Below are positions 58,159 through 64,000 of a DNA stretch of 64,000 nucleotides, one piece after another (within the stretch, counting starts at the first letter, position 1; the number at the start of each line of letters is the position of its first letter). Under the pieces are notes generated by a model. The model did no database searches. It was not told the DNA's origin and worked only from the letters and a program-made list of their open reading frames with translations. Location of the stretch: positions 32,001 through 96,000 of the forward strand of contig JAXSPP010000007.1 of NCBI GenBank assembly GCA_037927135.1, read 5' to 3'. Position numbers and translations under genes: made by a program. Origin of the DNA: Candidatus Pampinifervens sinense (lineage in GTDB: Bacteria; Aquificota; Aquificia; Aquificales; Aquificaceae).

Positions 58159-59751
58159 ATGTACAAAATCCTCATAACGGACCCTATCTCCGAAAAGGGT
58201 ATTGAACTGCTAAGGCGTGAGCCAGATTTTGAAGTGGACAACGAACCAGACATATCTTATGAAGAACTCCTTGAGGTGGTAGAAAACTACCACTGCATAA
58301 TCACAAGGAGCAGAACGCCTGTGACGGCAGAGCTTATAGAGAGGGCAAAAAACCTCAAGGTTATAGGAAGGGCTGGTGTGGGTGTAGACAACATAGATAT
58401 AGAAGCGGCATCTATGAGGGGCATACTTGTAATAAACACTCCTGGTGCGAACACCATAGGAGCTACAGAGCTGACCCTTTGCCACATGTTAAACGTTATA
58501 AGGAACGCACACACAGCCCACAATAGCATGGTGGAGGGAAGGTGGGACAGGAAGAAGTTTATGGGTAGGGAACTGTACGGTAAGACCCTTGGCATAATAG
58601 GCCTCGGAAACATAGGTTCTCAGGTGGCCATAAGGGCAAAGGCCTTTGGCATGACCGTATACGCTTACGATCCATACATACCAAAGGAAAAGGCAGAAAG
58701 GCTAGGTGTTAAGCTCTTTGACAACCTCCATGATATGCTCCGTCAGGTAGACATCCTTACCATCCATGCACCCTTAACTCATGAGACCAAGCATATGATA
58801 ACAAGGAAAGAGTTTGAAATAATGAAAGATGGTGCCATACTTATAAACTGTGCCAGAGGTGGAATAGTGAAGGATGAGGATTTAATCTGGGCTTTGGAGA
58901 GCGGAAAGCTTGCCGGAGTGGGCCTTGATGTCTTCTCTGTAGAGCCTCCCCCAAAGGAGTTTATAGATAAGATATCCAAGTTTCCCAACGTGTCCCTCTC
59001 TCCCCATATAGGAGCCAACACTTACGAGTCTCAGGAGAATGTGGCTGTGATCATTGCCCAGCAGGTCATAAAGGCCCTAAGGGGCCAAACGGTAGAGTAT
59101 GTGGTAAATGCTCCCTTCCCAGACCTCTCTGTTATCACCCTTATAAAGCCTCATCTTGATCTGGCGGAAAGGATGGGAAGGTTTTTGGTCCAGTGGGCCG
59201 AGGAGGGCATAAGGGAAGTGCACATTGAGGTAAGGGGAGACATAGCCCAACACTTTCATCCCATAGCCTCCGCCGTGCTTATGGGTATTCTAAAAGAAAT
59301 TGTGGATTTTCCGGTAAACATCATAAACGCCAGCTATGTGGCAAAGGACAGGGGCATAAAGGTGGAGGAGCTCACTTCCGAAGAGAGTGAAGACTTCAAG
59401 CACTATATAAGGGTGGTGGCAAAGGGGAACGGTATGGAGAGGGTAGTGGCAGGCTCTGTGCTTGAGGGACACATTCCAAGGATATTCCAGATTGACTCCT
59501 ATAGGGTGGATGTGGAGCCTGAGGGCATAATGCTTGTTTTTGAAAACAGGGATGTGCCCGGTGTGATAGGAAGGATAGGCACAATCCTTGGCAATGCTGG
59601 TATAAACATAGCGGGCTTTAGGCTAGGAAGAGAAAAGAAGGGTGGTATAGCCCTCGGCATTTTAAACCTTGATGACCCGGTGCCTCAAGAGATCATTGAA
59701 GAGCTAAGAAAGCTACCCCATATCATCTTTGTAAAACAAGTGATAATATGA
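58159..59751 (+). CDS. serA: D-3-phosphoglycerate dehydrogenase (long form with ACT domain)
   Basis: GRAGVGVDNID, GLGNIG, INCARGG, PHIGA.T.E.Q, N.DVPGVIG. Confidence 0.96.
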   Translation: MYKILITDPISEKGIELLRREPDFEVDNEPDISYEELLEVVENYHCIITRSRTPVTAELIERAKNLKVIGRAGVGVDNIDIEAASMRGILVINTPGANTIGATELTLCHMLNVIRNAHTAHNSMVEGRWDRKKFMGRELYGKTLGIIGLGNIGSQVAIRAKAFGMTVYAYDPYIPKEKAERLGVKLFDNLHDMLRQVDILTIHAPLTHETKHMITRKEFEIMKDGAILINCARGGIVKDEDLIWALESGKLAGVGLDVFSVEPPPKEFIDKISKFPNVSLSPHIGANTYESQENVAVIIAQQVIKALRGQTVEYVVNAPFPDLSVITLIKPHLDLAERMGRFLVQWAEEGIREVHIEVRGDIAQHFHPIASAVLMGILKEIVDFPVNIINASYVAKDRGIKVEELTSEESEDFKHYIRVVAKGNGMERVVAGSVLEGHIPRIFQIDSYRVDVEPEGIMLVFENRDVPGVIGRIGTILGNAGINIAGFRLGREKKGGIALGILNLDDPVPQEIIEELRKLPHIIFVKQVII

Positions 59752-60894
59752 GATCATCTCCTTTATGATCCTTTCTCCAGCTTCCAGCTTGCTCTGGGCC
59801 TTTACTTCTATTAGCTTGCCATCTTTAAAGATCATCAGGCCCTCGTAGGCCTCAGAGCCCATACTCTCCAAAGGATTGGCTATTATTAGGTCAAGGTTTT
59901 TCTCCCTTAGCTTCCTTATGGCCTCATCCCTTAGCCTTTCCCTTTCTTCTAGAGCAAAGCCCACAAGGACCTTTTGACCTTTCGCCTTTCCAAGCTCCTT
60001 GAGTATATCTGGATTTTTTACAAGCTCAAGGCTAATCCTCTCTTGCTTTTTCATCTTTCCCTCATAGGCCACCAGAGGCCTATAGTCGGCCACCGCTGCG
60101 TTCATGACTATTATGTCTGCCCAATCTTTTAAGTCCATAACCTTTTTTAGCATGTCCTGTGCCGAGACAACCCTAATTATCTCCACCTCCGGTGGCTCTT
60201 TGGCCGTTGTAAAGCCTGCTATTACTTTGACCTCTGCACCATACCATCGGAAGAGCCTTGCCAAGGAAAAGCCCATAAGACCGCTAGAAAGGTTAGATAT
60301 GAACCTCACCCTGTCTATAAACTCCCTTGTGGCACCTACGGTGATAAGAACCTTTTTCCCCTTTAGTGGCTTTGGCCTCAGACCATACTCTACCCAGTCA
60401 AGCAATCTTTCTACGCTTGCAAGTCTGCCTTGGCCCTCTTCTTCGCAAAGAAGTCTTCCTTCCTCCGGTTCTATCACTATCACACCCCTCTCTTTTAACC
60501 TTCTTATATTCTCCTGCACTGCAGGATTTTTATACATCTCCACATTCCCAGCCGGAGCCACCATAAGCGTTCCCTTATGAGATAGGGCGCATGTGGTCAA
60601 AAGGTTATCGCCTATGCCAAGGGCCACCTTTGAGAGGGTGTTTATGCTACAGGGAGCAATGAGAAAAAGGTCCGACCATCTTGGTAGGTTTATGTGCAAA
60701 AGTGGGTCATCCTCCCAATCTACATAGGCCTTGTGGCCCGAAAGGGCCCAAAAGGTAAGCCTGCTTATAAACCTTTCAGAAAAGGGAGAAAGGACCACCC
60801 TTACCTCATGGCCTGCCTTTTTTAGCTCCCTTATGAGCTCACAGGCCTTGTATATGGCTATGCTTGAGCTAACTCCCAAAAGTATCTTAGCCAT
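59713..60894 (-). CDS. coaBC: Phosphopantothenoylcysteine decarboxylase/synthetase
   Basis: SIAIYK, HI.L, APA.N..MY, T.E.ID.VRFISN.SSG.MG, AAVADY, VGFA.E. Confidence 0.95.
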   Translation of the reverse strand: MAKILLGVSSSIAIYKACELIRELKKAGHEVRVVLSPFSERFISRLTFWALSGHKAYVDWEDDPLLHINLPRWSDLFLIAPCSINTLSKVALGIGDNLLTTCALSHKGTLMVAPAGNVEMYKNPAVQENIRRLKERGVIVIEPEEGRLLCEEEGQGRLASVERLLDWVEYGLRPKPLKGKKVLITVGATREFIDRVRFISNLSSGLMGFSLARLFRWYGAEVKVIAGFTTAKEPPEVEIIRVVSAQDMLKKVMDLKDWADIIVMNAAVADYRPLVAYEGKMKKQERISLELVKNPDILKELGKAKGQKVLVGFALEERERLRDEAIRKLREKNLDLIIANPLESMGSEAYEGLMIFKDGKLIEVKAQSKLEAGERIIKEMISYYHLFYKDDMG

Positions 60895-61774
60895 CCTTCA
60901 AAGCCCAATAGATCACAGCCATCCTAACATAAAGGCCCATCTCCACCTGCTTTAGAACCAAGGACTTTTCCGAGTATAGCACCTCTGCGTCAATATCCAC
61001 ATAGAGGTTTACAGGCCCCGGGTGCATAAAGTAGCCCTTTAAAGCCCTATGCCTTTCTTTTGTTAAGCCAAACTGCAAAAAGTAGCTTTCCTTGCTGGCT
61101 ATGTAGTTTTCTTTGAACCTCTCCTCCTGTAGCCTTAGCCATACGCAAAGGTCTGCCCATTCTATGGCATCTTCTACCCTGTCAAAGACCTCCTCCACGC
61201 CAAAGGGAGAAAGGTCGGAAGGTATCAAGGTTCTTGGGCCACACACACCAAGCCTTGCACCAAAGAGCTTAAAAAGGTAGGCTGAGGACCTAAAGACCCT
61301 GCTGTGGAGTATATCACCGATAAAGACCACCTTTAAGTTTTCCACCTTTCCGTAGGCCTCAAGGGCAGTAAAGAGGTCTATAAGGCCCTGTGTGGGATGC
61401 TGATGGGTTCCATCTCCAGCGTTTATAAGGCTCATGCTTTCTTTTAGATAGTTTTCGTAAGGGAAAAGCACAAAGGGAACCCTGAATATAAAAGCCCTAA
61501 AGCCAAGGGCGGAAAGGGTCTTTATTGTGTCAAAAAAGCTCTCACCCTTTTCTATGGAGCTTTCCCTGTTTCCCACATAGTAGGTCCTAAGGCCCAAAAG
61601 CCTGCAGGCTTTTTCAAAGGAGAGGCGTGTCCTTGTAGAACTCTCCAAAAAAAAGAGGGCCACATCACCCTCAAGGCTTTCCCTTCTTCCCCTTTTGAAG
61701 TCTTCACAAAGGCTTTTTAACTCTTGTATATCTTCCTTTTCAAGGTCTCTCACAGAGATAAGGTGCTTTGCCAT
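60887..61774 (-). CDS. pyrB: Aspartate carbamoyltransferase catalytic subunit
   Basis: ESSTRTRLSFE, SS..KGES, INAGDG.HQHPTQ, GDILHSRV, MHPGP. Confidence 0.95.
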   Translation of the reverse strand: MAKHLISVRDLEKEDIQELKSLCEDFKRGRRESLEGDVALFFLESSTRTRLSFEKACRLLGLRTYYVGNRESSIEKGESFFDTIKTLSALGFRAFIFRVPFVLFPYENYLKESMSLINAGDGTHQHPTQGLIDLFTALEAYGKVENLKVVFIGDILHSRVFRSSAYLFKLFGARLGVCGPRTLIPSDLSPFGVEEVFDRVEDAIEWADLCVWLRLQEERFKENYIASKESYFLQFGLTKERHRALKGYFMHPGPVNLYVDIDAEVLYSEKSLVLKQVEMGLYVRMAVIYWALKDG

Positions 61775-61804
61775 ACTGGGAGTATAATTTTAACACAGAG
61801 AGTG

Positions 61805-62305
61805 TTATATTTCTTTTCTCAAGTCTCTTGTCATGGCTTCTTCATAGGTGTAGGGACACTTCTTAGGTAAGTCTCTTTTAGAGAGATTTAGATTATTATC
61901 CCTTGCCCATCTTAGGATTTTGGGTATGGCAAAGGTCCAAGCTTTATCCATTTCTTCTGGTAGCTTTTTTCTCAAACTTGGATAGATTTCAAAAAGTGCT
62001 TCTATTTCATCCCTTGCGTTTTCTATGCTTTTTATCCATCCCATACCGCCCGCCTCTTCCCCACCAGTGGTCAGCCCTCTAAAATGGTCCCATTTGTAGA
62101 GGTGTTCCAAGATGATAGCCAAGTAGCTAATACAAGCCTTTAGGTCAGACCTTGCCATATCCTCTATTTCCTCCAGAAGGTTTTCCCAATCCACCAAATC
62201 GTAAGCCTTTTCTCTGAGAAGTTCTAAGTTTATCTCCGCCCAAAGAGGAAAGTCCTTATGGTAAAGCTCCTTTAGTTCTTCTTTGCTTATGGTCCTCATC
62301 TTCAT
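61805..62305 (-). CDS. DUF29 family protein
   Basis: LY..DF..W, DWENL.EEIEDM, LEHL.KW, W..SI...R, PSL, P..CPY. Confidence 0.88.
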   Translation of the reverse strand: MKMRTISKEELKELYHKDFPLWAEINLELLREKAYDLVDWENLLEEIEDMARSDLKACISYLAIILEHLYKWDHFRGLTTGGEEAGGMGWIKSIENARDEIEALFEIYPSLRKKLPEEMDKAWTFAIPKILRWARDNNLNLSKRDLPKKCPYTYEEAMTRDLRKEI

Positions 62306-62403
62306 AGGAATAAATATAAGTAAGTAAGAAGGAAGTATTTATTTTTAGAACAGTCATTGATTTTTTTACTGTCTCTTTCCTTTTTCAGCATTATAATTTT
62401 AAC

Positions 62404-62979
62404 ATGGACAGAAAGGAACGGATAGTGGAGCTGATAGCTCAGGGCTATAGGAATGTAAAGTCCTTGGCCCAATACTTTGGCGTTTCCCTTATGACCATCT
62501 ACAGGGATGTGAGGGAGCTTGAAAAGGAAGGAAGGATTGTAAGAAAGCATGGGGAACTGCTTTTAAGAGAAGAAGCGGGAGAGCTGGTAGAGGAATCTCT
62601 TCCCACATGCGCTTATTGCACCAAGCCCATAGAAAAGAGGCTCGAGTTTACATATAGGCTAAAGAAAGGAAGGATTGTAAGGGCATGCTGCGCCCACTGT
62701 GGCCTACTTCTTTACAAAAACATAAAAGAGGAAGATATAGAGTCTTGCATGACTTGGGATTTTATAAACTGTAAGCCTCTTAGCTGTTTTTCAGCTTGGT
62801 ATGTGGTGGGCTCTTCCGCTTTGCCTTGCTGTTCTCCATCCGTCATTGCCTTTGCTAGCAAAGAAGATGCGGAGAAGTTTGCAAAGGGCTTTGGGGGAGT
62901 GGTTTTAGACTTTGAAAAAGCCGTAGAAGGCATTGAGCAACTTATGAAAAGAGGAACACCGGTTAAAATGAACCTATAA
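62404..62979 (+). CDS. DeoR-type HTH fused to a Cys-rich NosL-like domain (YcnK-like regulator)
   Basis: LAQYFGVS.MTIYRD..ELE.EG...RKHG; CAYC, CCAHCG, CC.PS..AF....DA.KF..GFGG. Confidence 0.8.
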   Translation: MDRKERIVELIAQGYRNVKSLAQYFGVSLMTIYRDVRELEKEGRIVRKHGELLLREEAGELVEESLPTCAYCTKPIEKRLEFTYRLKKGRIVRACCAHCGLLLYKNIKEEDIESCMTWDFINCKPLSCFSAWYVVGSSALPCCSPSVIAFASKEDAEKFAKGFGGVVLDFEKAVEGIEQLMKRGTPVKMNL

Positions 62980-62989
62980 GGAGGTAAAG

Positions 62990-64000
62990 ATGGAAAAGGT
63001 AAAGATATACGTAGATGGAATAGAGTATGAGGTGGAAAAGAACAAGCCCTTGCTACAGAACCTTCTTGACCTTGGCATACAAGTGCCTTACTTTTGCTAC
63101 CATCCCCGCCTCAAGATAATAGGTGCCTGTAGGATGTGCATAGTTTTTAACGAAAAGACTGGAAGGCTTATGACCTCTTGCAACACCTACCCAGAGGAGG
63201 GCATGTCCATATCTACCAAGCATCCCCTTGTGGTAGAAAACCAAAAGTATCTTTTGCAAGCCTTTATGACAAGGCATCCCCTTGACTGTCCCATATGCGA
63301 CAAGGCTGGAGAGTGCGACCTACAAAACTACGGAGCCCTTTTTGGACCGCAAAAACAGATAGTCCCAGTCTCGGCCCTTGAAAAGGAAAGGCACCAGCTT
63401 GATTGGGAAAGCGATTTCCTTGAGTATTACTCCAACAGATGCGTAGTTTGTTATAGATGCACAAGGGCCTGCGATGATGTGGTGGGGGCCCATGCCTTGT
63501 ATGTGGAAGAGAGGGGCTTTCAGGCAAACATAGCACCCACCATAAGGCCCATGGATACCTCCACCTGCGAGATGTGCGGTATATGCGTCTATGTATGCCC
63601 TGTTGGTGCCATAATCTCCAAGCCCTTTAAGTATTGGACAAGGAGCTGGCTACTTAAGAAGGGGAAAACTATATGCAATCTCTGCCCTGTGGGCTGTGAG
63701 GTCCAGATTGAATACGGAGTAGGAGACTGGAGGTCAAAGGATAAGGTTTATAGGACAAAGCCCACTGATGAGCTAAACATATGCGCCAAAGCCTTTTTTG
63801 GCTACGATGTGCTAAACTACGAAAGGCTTAGAACTCCAAAGATGTTTGGAAAGGAGGAAACGAGGGGCAACTTGGCCAACTACCTCTCCATGTTGCTAAG
63901 AAGGGACCCAGAGAACACACTCCTTGTGCTATCTTCTTATATGAGCAACGAGGACTACAGCCTTATAAAAGAGATAGTTAAAAGGACTGGCGCAATGGTA
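62990..64000 (+). CDS. nuoG: NADH-quinone oxidoreductase subunit G, runs off window
   Basis: MEKVKIYVDG..., PYFCYHPRL...GACRMC, HPLDCPICDKAGECDLQ, RCV.CYRC.R.C; GGAGGT SD. Confidence 0.92.
   Translation, partial: MEKVKIYVDGIEYEVEKNKPLLQNLLDLGIQVPYFCYHPRLKIIGACRMCIVFNEKTGRLMTSCNTYPEEGMSISTKHPLVVENQKYLLQAFMTRHPLDCPICDKAGECDLQNYGALFGPQKQIVPVSALEKERHQLDWESDFLEYYSNRCVVCYRCTRACDDVVGAHALYVEERGFQANIAPTIRPMDTSTCEMCGICVYVCPVGAIISKPFKYWTRSWLLKKGKTICNLCPVGCEVQIEYGVGDWRSKDKVYRTKPTDELNICAKAFFGYDVLNYERLRTPKMFGKEETRGNLANYLSMLLRRDPENTLLVLSSYMSNEDYSLIKEIVKRTGAMV

Noticed and set aside
59713-59751. Convergent 3' overlaps (serA/coaBC, also 19177-19226 and 44606-44631)
   Set aside because: Consistent with general genome compaction; no specific signal for antisense regulation.
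61805-62305. DUF29 gene as part of a toxin-antitoxin or defence locus
   Set aside because: Single gene with no partner nucleotidyltransferase or other defence genes nearby.

Overview
Gene-dense 64 kb chromosomal segment from a thermophilic bacterium, most likely Aquificaceae (Thermocrinis/Hydrogenobacter-like). This is inferred from the archaeal-type metK and apgM, fused nuoCD in a scattered nuo set, and very short or overlapping intergenic spaces. It carries about 65 mostly housekeeping genes (rpsF-ssb-rpsR-rplI, ilvD, nuoA-B-CD-H, lptCA, bioB, mqnC, flgG-fliLOPQR-flhB, mraY, trpC, pdxJ, queF, a group 3b NiFe hydrogenase operon, prfB, mnmA, serA, coaBC, pyrB, partial nuoG) and one tRNA-Asp. 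I saw no transposase, integrase, phage gene or CRISPR array. The most unusual elements: (1) a 543-bp non-coding island between convergent bioB and comM, with 11 exact TGTGAAATT boxes in two opposed arrays, IHF-like sites and an AT-rich/trio segment, i.e. a candidate oriC with a non-canonical box; (2) a family-1 encapsulin with no classical cargo gene beside it, translationally coupled to a vWA/MIDAS protein; (3) 8 kb away, an unannotated protein apparently built from two degenerate ferritin-like units and three CsbD-like repeats; (4) a candidate ~90-nt sRNA with a C/U-rich loop, its own promoter and a terminator, upstream of sfsA; (5) trpC apparently starting at ATA; (6) an ArnT-like glycosyltransferase interrupted by an in-frame TGA; (7) widespread leaderless-type promoters. 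All calls come from motif recognition by eye; no searches were run.
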